A DNA stretch of 32,000 bases from an uncultured Bacilli bacterium (GCA_910583945.1 CAJTYF010000007.1:1-32000); one strand, 5' to 3'; numbered from the stretch's first letter, positions 16,319-25,334 are shown. A program made the numbers and translations. The notes: generated by a model from the sequence alone, not told the origin.

Positions 16319-16954
16319 ATGCGGAACGATGGGCAAAAAAAAATAAAAGATTTACAACTGGAAGTCATGTCAAACTGTGTCAATATAAAAAAAAAGACTT
16401 TTAAAAAAGGTGAATACATTTTAAGTTTTGGACTAAGACAAAAAGTCATTGGCTTCATTATATCTGGAAAAGCGGACATCGTTCGCATTACGATTGATGG
16501 CGAACAATCCGTCATTCAAAAATTAATACCTGGTTCAATTTTTAACGATGCCTTCTCTTGCTTTTCTAAAGATAGTGTTTTTGTTATCAGTAAAACCGAC
16601 ACCGAGATTTTTCTAATTGATTACCCCACCATTTTTAAAAATTGTCTTATGAAATGTCCTTATCACAACCAATTAATAGAAGATTTATTAAACTTAATCA
16701 CCGAAAACAGCATCAAAACGAATGAAAAAATTGAAATTCTAACACATAATAAGATTCGTGACCGAATACTTGCTTTTATAAAAATAAATATAGGTGCCTC
16801 AAACACTAGTACCGTAACTCTTCCCTATTCTTTTACTGAATTTGCTGAATATTTATGTGTAGATCGAAGTAGTCTAATGCGAGAACTAAAAAAAATGGAA
16901 GAAGAAAAAGTGATTACTAGAGAAAATAAAACCATTACTTTATTAAACGTTTAA
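16319..16954 (+). CDS. Crp/Fnr-family transcriptional regulator
   Basis: cNMP-binding-like beta-roll (FKKGEYILSFG...GKADIVRI) and C-terminal wHTH (FTEFAEYLCVDRSSLMRELKKM). A Cys/His patch KNCLMKCPYH follows the roll. ATG at 16319 follows GAAAGGG; the alternative TTG is at 16301. Confidence 0.8.
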   Translation: MRNDGQKKIKDLQLEVMSNCVNIKKKTFKKGEYILSFGLRQKVIGFIISGKADIVRITIDGEQSVIQKLIPGSIFNDAFSCFSKDSVFVISKTDTEIFLIDYPTIFKNCLMKCPYHNQLIEDLLNLITENSIKTNEKIEILTHNKIRDRILAFIKINIGASNTSTVTLPYSFTEFAEYLCVDRSSLMRELKKMEEEKVITRENKTITLLNV

Positions 16955-17711
16955 CATTATTAATAGCATTTTTTTCAATACGAGATACTTGAGCTTGACT
17001 AATATTAAGAGCCTCCGCAATCTCCATTTGTGTTTTACCAATAATAAAGCGTTCCATTAAAACATTTCTTTCACGATCTTTTATTTTATTCAAGGCTCTT
17101 CTTAAAGAGATAAGCATATCTTTATCTTGATTCGAATCCTTCTTATCCGCTATTTGATCCATTAAATAAATGGTATCGCCTCCATCATTATAAATGGGTT
17201 CAAAAATACTCTTTGGTTCTTTTAAAGAATCCAAGGCATAATCAATTTGATATTCTGAAATAGACAGATTCTTTGCAATCTCCTCATTTTTTGGATAAAT
17301 CCCATACTGAATTAAATACTCCTCTTTAAATTTCAAAATTTGATACGCCAAATCTTTTATGCTTCGACTTACCCGTATGGATGTATTGTCCCGAATATAC
17401 CTTTTAATCTCTCCAATAATAAGGGGTACAGCATAAGTTGATAACTTTAAATTGTAAGACAAATCAAAATTATCAATGGCTTTAATAAGACCAATAACCC
17501 CTACTTGAAATAAATCATCTAAATTATACTTTTCCTTATTAAACCGCTTCAAAATACTTAAAACCAATTTTAAATTTGCCTCAATCAACTTATCTTTAGC
17601 TTTTAAATCACCATTTTGATACTGTTTAAATAACTCATTCATTTCACTTTGTTTTAAAACCACAATTTCACTTGTATTAATACCTGTTATATCTACACTC
17701 TTTTTATTCAA
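16935..17711 (-). CDS. sigG: sporulation sigma factor SigG
   Basis: Close to my recollection of B. subtilis SigG throughout: NKKSVDITGINTSEIVVLK, DDLFQVGVIGLIKAIDNFD, STYAVPLIIGEIKRYIRDN, IRVSRS, FEPIYNDGGDTIYLMDQIAD, GKTQMEIAEALNISQAQVSRIEK. The probable start is TTG 17711; the alternative GTG is at 17729. Confidence 0.85.
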   Translation of the reverse strand: MNKKSVDITGINTSEIVVLKQSEMNELFKQYQNGDLKAKDKLIEANLKLVLSILKRFNKEKYNLDDLFQVGVIGLIKAIDNFDLSYNLKLSTYAVPLIIGEIKRYIRDNTSIRVSRSIKDLAYQILKFKEEYLIQYGIYPKNEEIAKNLSISEYQIDYALDSLKEPKSIFEPIYNDGGDTIYLMDQIADKKDSNQDKDMLISLRRALNKIKDRERNVLMERFIIGKTQMEIAEALNISQAQVSRIEKNAINNVKRLIK

Positions 17712-17809
17712 AATAAACAGTCCTTTCACTACTGTTTTGTCATAAAAAGAATTTTTTTATTCATTTTTATGGTAAAATAGAAAAAAAAGATTAGAAAGTG
17801 TAGAAACAA

Positions 17810-18763
17810 ATGGAAAAAGCAAAAAGAAAAAAAGGATTTATTGTTTTAAAAGAATTAAGTAAAAATCCAACTTTTAAAAATATTTTGTGGAAAAAGAACG
17901 AAGCCATGCGTGATGAATTTGGACATTCTAATATAAAATACATATTTTCTTACGAAGAAACGCTTTATTTTTATAAAGCCCTTCCATATCTTTACCAATG
18001 TTATTACGAATTAATGGCCGAAGAATTAGCCTATGATTTTAATTTACCTACTGCCCATTATGATTTAGCTTACAGTAAAACTTATGGAATGGGGGTTTTA
18101 ACAAAAAATTTTAAACTTCCAAATTACACCTATTATAAAGGCTATGATGTTTTAGAAGATTATTTAAGAAATTGCATTCATCAAAATGATGAAACTTATA
18201 CTCATTACGAACTAAAAGAAGAAATGGAATCTTTTAATAGTTTAGAAGGAATCTGGGCGACTTTTGAATACCGCTACCGAAACCATTCCAATAAGATCGA
18301 AATTGTCAATAATCTCACGAACCAACTTGTTGATATTTTTATCTTTGATTTATTGATTGGACAAACCGACCGTCATGAAGAAAACTGGGGAATTATGGAA
18401 CATGAAGAAGAAGTCTATTTACAACCAGTGTTTGATAACGATGCCCTTTTAGAAACGGCTTTTGAATTAACCCCTCATACCGATACTAATCTAGATTATT
18501 TAATTCAATTTAATGAAGGTTTAGAAAAAATAACAAAAGAATTTATTACCGTTTCAGATTCCGTATACATTGAAAAACTAAAAAGTAAAATCCCTCTTAT
18601 TAATAAAGAAAACATTGAAAAAATATTTTTAAAAATAGAAAATAGAACGTACTCGCCCATCCCTTCAAATGTAAAAGAGATCATTCTTACAAATTTTAAA
18701 ACCATACAAGAAAGTATAACTTCTACTTTAAATGAATACGAAGAAAAGAAAAAAACAAGATAA
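17810..18763 (+). CDS. HipA C-terminal-like Ser/Thr kinase-fold protein (orphan, no HipB)
   Basis: FDLLIGQTDRHEENWGIM carries the catalytic DxHxxN loop, and LQPVFDND resembles the HipA xAPxYD Mg-binding segment. No recognisable HipA N-terminal domain. Confidence 0.6.
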   Translation: MEKAKRKKGFIVLKELSKNPTFKNILWKKNEAMRDEFGHSNIKYIFSYEETLYFYKALPYLYQCYYELMAEELAYDFNLPTAHYDLAYSKTYGMGVLTKNFKLPNYTYYKGYDVLEDYLRNCIHQNDETYTHYELKEEMESFNSLEGIWATFEYRYRNHSNKIEIVNNLTNQLVDIFIFDLLIGQTDRHEENWGIMEHEEEVYLQPVFDNDALLETAFELTPHTDTNLDYLIQFNEGLEKITKEFITVSDSVYIEKLKSKIPLINKENIEKIFLKIENRTYSPIPSNVKEIILTNFKTIQESITSTLNEYEEKKKTR

Positions 18764-18782
18764 TACTATGATTTTATCTTGT
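18755..18782 (-). terminator. rho-independent terminator of the ABC exporter operon
   Basis: 9 bp stem ACAAGATAA/TTATCTTGT with a 10 nt loop, followed on the minus strand by a T-run. It overlaps the 3' end of the convergent hipA-like ORF. Confidence 0.6.
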
Positions 18783-18853
18783 TCAAAAAAATTATAATAA
18801 AATATCATTATTATTCATGTAAAAAACAATCACTTTGATTTCTATAAAAAATT

Positions 18854-20170
18854 TTATTTTGTCTTCAAAGATTTAAATATTTTCTTCCATAAATCTTGAC
18901 TCGAATAATTAAGGATACCAACTTTATAAATACGTAATCCAAAATGGAATAACAAATAAGTAACCACGCCACAAATGACCGTCGATAACATAAGTTCTAG
19001 TAAACTTATTTGTCCTAATAAAAAGATAACTGGAGCAATTAAAAACGAAAACATAGGAATATAAGCCATAATTTTAACAAATAAAGCACCATCGAAAGCT
19101 GAAGCCATAATAGCAATATAATACCCTACAAGCAAAACAATCATTAAAGGGGTTTGAAGTTGTTGGTAATCTTCAATATTAGTAGTCATAGAAGCTAAAA
19201 CACCAGCCAAAATAGCGTAAGCCAGAAAACTAAATAAGAACAACAGCAAAATAAAAGGTAAACCTTGTATTAATAAATCTAAAACACCAGTATTTTTAAC
19301 CGTCTCTAACGTTTCACTGATATAACTTGTCACTTCACTACTTGCGGACAAAATAGAAGACCCTAATAATTTTCTTACTAAAAAGGCAATAAGCACGTCA
19401 GCAAATAAAACCAAAGCTTGAACTAAAACAAAAAGCGTTGATGAAATGATTTTTGATGAAAAATGAATTTTAGGTGAAACATTAGAAATAATAATCTCCA
19501 TACTTCTGGTAGACTTCTCATCATTAATTTCTGCACCAATCATTTGCGTTAGCATCGTAATGAGTAAAAAGAATGGAACAATCAAGATAACAATAAGTCC
19601 AGAAGAAACAATATCTTTTCCTTCAGCATTTGGATCTAAATCTGGATTGGTAACGCTTTTATTAATCGAAACATTACTCGTTAAAGCCGCTATTTCAGAC
19701 GCAGAAAGACCACTATTTTGTAAGACATAAGACGATTTGACATGATTTAAACTATTTTGAAAAATCTGTTCTGTTAAAGTATCAATGGGATCAAAACTAA
19801 TCACTTCTGCTAGTAGATACTCTGTATCGGATGGAGCTATCTTTAAAATAATGTCCTCTTTTTCTTTAATTTCCTCTTTTAACTCTTCCACGTTTTTTGT
19901 AGTAGAAACCAACTCATAATGCCCTAAATCTTCCAAAGAAGAGGCAATTTCGTTAAAATTAGCTTCAAAGACAGGATAAGTATTCATCTCATCCACAACA
20001 TAAACTTTGGTAACATTTTGAAAATCTCCTCCAAAAAAACTGATAATGCGATCAATATTAATAACACCAATTAATAAGATTAACATTAATACATTCGCCA
20101 CTTTAAACCATTTTGTATCAATTTTCTTTTTTAAACTCTGTTTAATTAAAAACTTTAATTTAGTTTTCAT
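18854..20170 (-). CDS. ABC-2 type exporter permease (NatB/YhaP-like)
   Basis: N-terminal TM, large extracytoplasmic loop, then 5 C-terminal TM segments. The ATG at 20170 follows AGGTGA and overlaps the ATPase gene end. Confidence 0.75.
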   Translation of the reverse strand: MKTKLKFLIKQSLKKKIDTKWFKVANVLMLILLIGVINIDRIISFFGGDFQNVTKVYVVDEMNTYPVFEANFNEIASSLEDLGHYELVSTTKNVEELKEEIKEKEDIILKIAPSDTEYLLAEVISFDPIDTLTEQIFQNSLNHVKSSYVLQNSGLSASEIAALTSNVSINKSVTNPDLDPNAEGKDIVSSGLIVILIVPFFLLITMLTQMIGAEINDEKSTRSMEIIISNVSPKIHFSSKIISSTLFVLVQALVLFADVLIAFLVRKLLGSSILSASSEVTSYISETLETVKNTGVLDLLIQGLPFILLLFLFSFLAYAILAGVLASMTTNIEDYQQLQTPLMIVLLVGYYIAIMASAFDGALFVKIMAYIPMFSFLIAPVIFLLGQISLLELMLSTVICGVVTYLLFHFGLRIYKVGILNYSSQDLWKKIFKSLKTK

Positions 20171-21068
20171 AAGACTCACCTACTTTTTCTAAGAAAATTT
20201 CATTCAAGGTTGCATCCTCAACCGCAAATTTTGTAACATTTTTACATTTTTTAACAAAATCAAAAACATCTTGAACATTTTCATCACTTTCAATTTTTAT
20301 AATCCATTCATTTTCATTTTGAATGACATCCAAAACGCCTTTAACTTTTTTTAATGCCTCCACATCTATTGCATCACAAACCACATGAATATTCTTTTTT
20401 CGATACTCTTTTTTTATTTGTTTTAACTCTCCAGATAACACACTTTTTCCTTTAAGCAACACCACTAACTTTTCACAAAACATCTCCACATGTTCCATAC
20501 GGTGAGAAGAAAATATAATACTTGTTTTTTGCTTTTTTAGTTTTCGAATCACATCCATAAACATTTGAACATTAATGGGATCCAGACCTGAAAAAGGTTC
20601 ATCCAAAATCAAAAGTTTTGGTTCATTAATAATAGCGGTGATAAATTGTACTTTTTGCTGATTTCCTTTTGACAATTCTTTAATCTTACGTTCTTTATAA
20701 TCTGAAATTTGAAAATAGTCTAACCATTCATCCAATCTTTTTAAAATCGTTTCTTCTTTCATTCCTTTTAAAACCCCATAATAAAGCACTTGTTCTTTAA
20801 CCGTTAGTTTTGTAAGTAAGCTTCTTTCTTCAGTTAAAAACCCTAAACGATCCGTCATGGTATAATCAATGGGTTTTCCATCCATAGTAATTGAACCACT
20901 ACTTAAATCAAGTAATCCATTAATCATTCGAAACGTTGTCGTTTTTCCAGCACCATTTACACCTAGAAGACCAAAAATTTCTCCTTCTTTCACCGTAAAC
21001 GATAAATCATCCACCGCTTTATTTTTACCATAATATTTTGTTACATGTTCTACTTTTAACATTGACAA
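20160..21068 (-). CDS. ABC transporter ATP-binding protein (NatA/YhaQ-like, with C-terminal extension)
   Basis: Walker A GVNGAGKTT, signature LSKGNQQKV, Walker B LLILDEP. The start is ambiguous: TTG 21068 has 7 nt spacing from AGGAG; the alternatives are ATG 21062 and GTG 21074. Confidence 0.85.
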   Translation of the reverse strand: MSMLKVEHVTKYYGKNKAVDDLSFTVKEGEIFGLLGVNGAGKTTTFRMINGLLDLSSGSITMDGKPIDYTMTDRLGFLTEERSLLTKLTVKEQVLYYGVLKGMKEETILKRLDEWLDYFQISDYKERKIKELSKGNQQKVQFITAIINEPKLLILDEPFSGLDPINVQMFMDVIRKLKKQKTSIIFSSHRMEHVEMFCEKLVVLLKGKSVLSGELKQIKKEYRKKNIHVVCDAIDVEALKKVKGVLDVIQNENEWIIKIESDENVQDVFDFVKKCKNVTKFAVEDATLNEIFLEKVGESYEN

Positions 21069-21127
21069 ATCCACACTCCTTTTTTCATTATAACACGTCT
21101 AATAGTTGAAATAAACCTTTCATTTAA

Positions 21128-21158
21128 ATTATACCCCCCCCCCATTCCAAAATGTCAA
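21128..21158 (-). promoter_or_regulatory. consensus sigma-A promoter with a G10 tract in the spacer
   Basis: Minus strand reads TTGACA (21153-21158), the 19 nt spacer ttttggaatGGGGGGGGGG, then TATAAT (21128-21133). It lies about 55 nt upstream of the ABC ATPase start. Confidence 0.55.
21134..21143. repeat. C10/G10 homopolymer
   Basis: Ten consecutive C on the plus strand. It is the only G/C run above 6 that I saw in this AT-rich window. Confidence 0.95.
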
Positions 21159-22376
21159 TTATTTTTTCTTTTTAGATTTTTTTCTGAATTTTAAAATCAA
21201 AAAAACTAAGAAAACAAAAGTCAAAAAAAGACCAATAATTTTATAATCTGTATAACGATATTTGAGAGTTTCTTTTAAATAAACATCTTGTGAATAAAGA
21301 AGTTGTTGATGATAATAAACATGAATTTTTCCCAAATAATCATTCTTTTTAATCTTTCGATTTAAAACATTTATGCCTTCATAGTGATAATCAAAAATAG
21401 CTTCTTTATCTAAGTAGAGAGGAATATTTTGTTCTACATAAATAGGATACTCTAAAATTTCTCCATCTTGAACGGTTAAAGTAACGATGGGTTCTTCAAC
21501 AGAAAAAAGATTTTGATACGCGTAATGGTCATTAAAATAATTATAAATTTCTAAAGAATCGACAATATGATTAGGAAAACCATTTTGGTAAGGAGAACGA
21601 GCAACAATCAATAAATAATGAATACCATTATATTCCGCAAGGCTTGAAAGACAGAGTCCAGCTTCTTTCGTAAAACCAGACTTAGAACCTTCGATATTTG
21701 TAACATCTAAAAAATACTTTTCAGAAGGAGCCACTAACGTACTGTAAAGTTTTAAATGATTTGTTGTTTCATAAAAGCGAGTGGTATAGATTTCTTTAAA
21801 AACCTCATGATGAAGAGCGTATAAGAGTAATTTCTGAACATCTTCTAAAGTAGAATAGTTCTCGATATCATCTCGCCCTACTGGATTACTAAAATGAGTA
21901 GAAGGCATACCAATTTTTTCTTTTAAATCGTTCATCATTTGTACAAAATTATCAATAGAACCCGCTGTTAAAACCGCTAAAGCTTGTGCCGCCTCTACGC
22001 CACTTGGTAAAAGTGTGCCGTAAAGCAAGTCTCGAATGGTAACGGTCTCATTTCTTTTAAACCCCGCCATCGCATAACCACTGGTATTATAAAAAGCTTC
22101 ATTAGGAATTTTTACAGGTTGATCCAAATCCTCATAGTGTAAAAGAGCCACCATTGCTGTCATAATTTTAGTCAAACTAGCAATAGAAATTTTCTCATCA
22201 CTTCCTTTTTGATACACCACTTTTTCATCATCTAAATTATAAAGAAGAAAATGACTTGCTTTAAAATTTAAGTTTTCAAAATTCAAATACGCATAATCCG
22301 TGTCTTTGGCTTCACAAAAATAAGAAAGAAAAAGAAATGAAAAACAAAAAACTAGAAATAATTTGAATATTTTCAT
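21159..22376 (-). CDS. S11-family D-alanyl-D-alanine carboxypeptidase (DacB/DacF-like low-MW PBP), C-terminal membrane anchor
   Basis: Signal peptide, SxxK (SIASLTK) and KSG (KSGFTKEAG). The SxN motif reads SGV (LLPSGVEAA). AGGAGG lies ahead of the ATG. Confidence 0.8.
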   Translation of the reverse strand: MKIFKLFLVFCFSFLFLSYFCEAKDTDYAYLNFENLNFKASHFLLYNLDDEKVVYQKGSDEKISIASLTKIMTAMVALLHYEDLDQPVKIPNEAFYNTSGYAMAGFKRNETVTIRDLLYGTLLPSGVEAAQALAVLTAGSIDNFVQMMNDLKEKIGMPSTHFSNPVGRDDIENYSTLEDVQKLLLYALHHEVFKEIYTTRFYETTNHLKLYSTLVAPSEKYFLDVTNIEGSKSGFTKEAGLCLSSLAEYNGIHYLLIVARSPYQNGFPNHIVDSLEIYNYFNDHYAYQNLFSVEEPIVTLTVQDGEILEYPIYVEQNIPLYLDKEAIFDYHYEGINVLNRKIKKNDYLGKIHVYYHQQLLYSQDVYLKETLKYRYTDYKIIGLFLTFVFLVFLILKFRKKSKKKK

Positions 22377-22438
22377 AGCATAACCTCCTAAAAATTATAT
22401 CATACTTTAAAAGAATCGAAAAAAAAAGAATCCGAAGA

Positions 22439-22837
22439 TTACTTATTTTCTAATTTTTCAATCGCATGTTTGGTCACATCAATCGCTTTTTCTCTTAAAG
22501 AATCCACCGCTTCTTCTAAAATAGGTTCACTTTTATCTTTTACATAACGTGCTAATTTTTTACAATCCACTTCAATTTTTTTAGCTTGATTCTTTGCGGC
22601 TTTTAAAACCGTTTCTTTATCCAAAGCTTTTAAATCATTTTCCAATTTTTCAATTTTTTCTTCAACATATTTCTTGACATCTTTTACTTTAACATTTTCT
22701 AAATGTTCTTTTATTTCTGTAATTTTATTTTTCAAATCTTGTCTTGTTTCTTTACCACTTTTTGGAGCAAACAAAACACCTAATCCAGCACCTATTGCTG
22801 TTCCAGCAACTAATGTTGCTACTGTCTTTTTCTTCAT
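22439..22837 (-). CDS. YtxH-domain general stress-like protein
   Basis: N-terminal GTAIGAGLGVLFAPKSGKETRQDLK followed by a Lys/Glu-rich coiled coil. Confidence 0.8.
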   Translation of the reverse strand: MKKKTVATLVAGTAIGAGLGVLFAPKSGKETRQDLKNKITEIKEHLENVKVKDVKKYVEEKIEKLENDLKALDKETVLKAAKNQAKKIEVDCKKLARYVKDKSEPILEEAVDSLREKAIDVTKHAIEKLENK

Positions 22838-22919
22838 ATTTCACCATCCTTAATATAAGTATATTATTAAAAGACAAAAAATACAAACGAATTAAAAAAA
22901 CAGTTGACACTTATTTGTT

Positions 22920-23738
22920 TCAATTATAATGATCTAAAAAAGACACTTTTTCTTCATTTACACGATACCCTAGAATACAATTCAAATTAACATTATCAAG
23001 ACTTTTAAAAATATTATTATCAATGTCTTGATTTGTTTTTCTTAAATTTTCAATGAGCGTCTTGATTTCTTTTCTTTTACTTTGATTTTCCAAGTCATTC
23101 TTTGCAACAAATTTACATGCGCAATTTAAAAAGGTCAAACGATTATAAGACACCCAATCTTGAATCGCTTTTTCTTTTATATAATACATGGGACGAATGA
23201 GTTGTAAACCTTGAAAATGGTCACTATAAAGTTTTGGCATCATCGTTTTAACTTCTGAGGCATAAAACATAGAAAGTAAAGTCGTCTCAATCACATCATC
23301 AAAATGATGCCCCAAAGCAATTTTGTTACAACCTAACTCTTGTGCTTTACTATAAAGATGACCTCTTCTCATTCGAGCACATAAGTAACACGGACTTTTT
23401 TCATTCAATTTATTCGCCACCTCAAAAACATCCGTATCAAATATTTCTAAATCAAGATTTAGTAATTGACTATTTTTTTTAATTAAATCGATATTTTTTT
23501 GACTGTACCCAGGATTCATCACGACATACTTTAACTCAAAATCTATTTTTCCATGTCTTTTAAGTTCTTCTAAACATTTAGCCATTAAAAATGAATCTTT
23601 TCCTCCACTTATACAAACCATAATCTTATCATGATTTTCTATTAATTGATAATCATTAATGGCTTTTACAAAGGGATGCCAAACTTCCTTTCGAAAACGT
23701 TTGATAATACTTCTTTCAATTAATTTATATTCTTCCAT
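22920..23738 (-). CDS. ttcA: TtcA-family PP-loop ATPase (tRNA 2-thiocytidine synthetase-like)
   Basis: PP-loop CISGGKDS plus CYLCARMRRG and a second Cys pair, FLNCACKF. The ATG at 23738 follows AAAGGA and overlaps the upstream ORF by 14 nt. TGA stop. Confidence 0.75.
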   Translation of the reverse strand: MEEYKLIERSIIKRFRKEVWHPFVKAINDYQLIENHDKIMVCISGGKDSFLMAKCLEELKRHGKIDFELKYVVMNPGYSQKNIDLIKKNSQLLNLDLEIFDTDVFEVANKLNEKSPCYLCARMRRGHLYSKAQELGCNKIALGHHFDDVIETTLLSMFYASEVKTMMPKLYSDHFQGLQLIRPMYYIKEKAIQDWVSYNRLTFLNCACKFVAKNDLENQSKRKEIKTLIENLRKTNQDIDNNIFKSLDNVNLNCILGYRVNEEKVSFLDHYN

Positions 23739-24201
23739 CTGGTTTCCTTTCATTAAATACATCAAGTTGATTAAAAGTTTCAACATAATTCCAAATATTT
23801 TGTTGGCATTCCATTTCGCTTTTTTTAAAACACTCGTAACCCACTTCTGTTAATCGATTCGCTTTTCTAAACATTAAAAGTTGATAAAAATTTTGAATCA
23901 TTTTTCTTTCAAAACTTAAACTTTCTTTTAAACACAAAAGCATCATTTCTAAATTATCTCTAAAAAAAGATTCTTGATTTTTTTCTAAACGATGAAGCAA
24001 ATCGACCAAAGACGTCATCATTTTTTGTATCTTTCTACAAGAAAAATCCAATAAACAATAATGTTCATCAAGAATACTATCCGTTAAAAGAAATGGATAA
24101 CGATTTACTAAATGAGAAAGAACATGTTGAATTTTTAAATCATAAAGTGTTAAAAAAACGATTTCTTGTTTTAACTTATAAAACCAATCTTCATGACTCA
24201 T
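23725..24201 (-). CDS. hypothetical helical protein, 158 aa
   Basis: Translationally coupled on both sides (8 nt after the AI-2E stop; overlaps the ttcA start). No motif recognised. Confidence 0.5.
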   Translation of the reverse strand: MSHEDWFYKLKQEIVFLTLYDLKIQHVLSHLVNRYPFLLTDSILDEHYCLLDFSCRKIQKMMTSLVDLLHRLEKNQESFFRDNLEMMLLCLKESLSFERKMIQNFYQLLMFRKANRLTEVGYECFKKSEMECQQNIWNYVETFNQLDVFNERKPDGRI

Positions 24202-24209
24202 ACCTTCAC

Positions 24210-25334
24210 CTATTTCTGTTTTAGTCCTTTTTTATCTAATTTTCCATTGATGAATTCTTTAAACAAAGCATAAAGAATAGAAGCCAGTGGAAGACCAACA
24301 AGCATCCCGACAATACCAAACAAACTTCCTCCTACACTAATAGCAAGTAGAGTCCACATAGGAGATAACCCTACCGATTTCCCTACCACTTTTGGATAAA
24401 TAAAATTCCCTTCAATTTGTTGTACAACTTGGAAAACAATTATAAAAATAAGAGCATCTAAAGGTTCAGAAGTAAAAATTAAAATAGCGCCTATAACCAT
24501 GGCAATCAAAGCACCAAAGATAGGAATTAAAGCGGTAATAGCGGTTAAAACTGAGATAATTAAAGTATAAGGGAATTGGAAAAGTGATAACGCCAAAAAC
24601 ATAAGAAGACCTAAAAGAGCCGCTTCTAAACATTGACCAGTAATAAATTTAGTAAAAGTTTTATTAACTTGTTGACCAATAGTAAATACTTTTTCAGCTT
24701 GTTTTTTATTAAAAAGAGCTAAAATAACTTTTCTACTTCCTTCACTTAAATATTCTTTACAACTAAGCATATAAATTGCGAAAATAATCGCTGTAAAAAA
24801 AGTAATAAATCCAGAAATAAGACTTCCAACAAAGCCCGAAGCGCTACTTAATAAATAATTTAAAACGTTAGATAACAAATCAGTCATCGTCCCACTATTA
24901 GAGAAAAACGTTTCTATTTCACTTTGCATTTTAGGATACTGATTCAATAAATCTAAAATATAATTTTTCGTATTTTCGATTAAAGTTGGAAGATTATTAA
25001 TAAGTAAGGCAATATTGTCTATCAATTGAGGAAGAAGTAAAAAAGCAATAAGAACCAAAACAAAAATAAATATAAGTAAAGAAATTGAAATAGAAAGAAT
25101 TCTTAAACGCTCTTTTCTTATTTTAACTCTTTTACAAAGAAAAGTTTCTATTTTATTAACTAAAATATTTAAAATAAAAGCGAGAACGCCTCCTAAAATA
25201 AAAGGAAGAAAAACAAAATAAATTTTATTAAAAAAACGAAGAAGCACATCAAGATGATGAATTCCCCAAAAAGAAACCACAAAAATTAAAATCAATAAAA
25301 TAAGCTGTTTCATTCCTAAAACGTTTTTTTTCAT
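24210..25334 (-). CDS. AI-2E family transporter (PerM/YtvI-like, UPF0118)
   Basis: About 8 TM helices with the characteristic central soluble insert and a C-terminal FQVVQQIEGNFIYPKVVG block. Confidence 0.8.
   Translation of the reverse strand: MKKNVLGMKQLILLILIFVVSFWGIHHLDVLLRFFNKIYFVFLPFILGGVLAFILNILVNKIETFLCKRVKIRKERLRILSISISLLIFIFVLVLIAFLLLPQLIDNIALLINNLPTLIENTKNYILDLLNQYPKMQSEIETFFSNSGTMTDLLSNVLNYLLSSASGFVGSLISGFITFFTAIIFAIYMLSCKEYLSEGSRKVILALFNKKQAEKVFTIGQQVNKTFTKFITGQCLEAALLGLLMFLALSLFQFPYTLIISVLTAITALIPIFGALIAMVIGAILIFTSEPLDALIFIIVFQVVQQIEGNFIYPKVVGKSVGLSPMWTLLAISVGGSLFGIVGMLVGLPLASILYALFKEFINGKLDKKGLKQK

Noticed and set aside
16943-16954. The palindrome TTAAACGTTTAA in the sigG / Crp-Fnr overlap as a shared terminator.
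   Set aside because: It is only 12 bp, AT-rich and without a loop or T-run. It more likely results from two overlapping stop regions.
17712-17809. A candidate forespore-type promoter for sigG (GAATA-18 nt-CAAAACA).
   Set aside because: The match to sigma-F/sigma-G consensus elements is weak, and in such AT-rich sequence it is expected by chance. It is not reportable without TSS data.
21087-21095. The proximal extended -10 (TGTTATAAT) as the promoter of the ABC exporter operon.
   Set aside because: A start about 7 nt downstream would fall on the AGGAG ribosome-binding site (21076-21080) and leave no usable leader. It may still give minor or leaderless transcripts.
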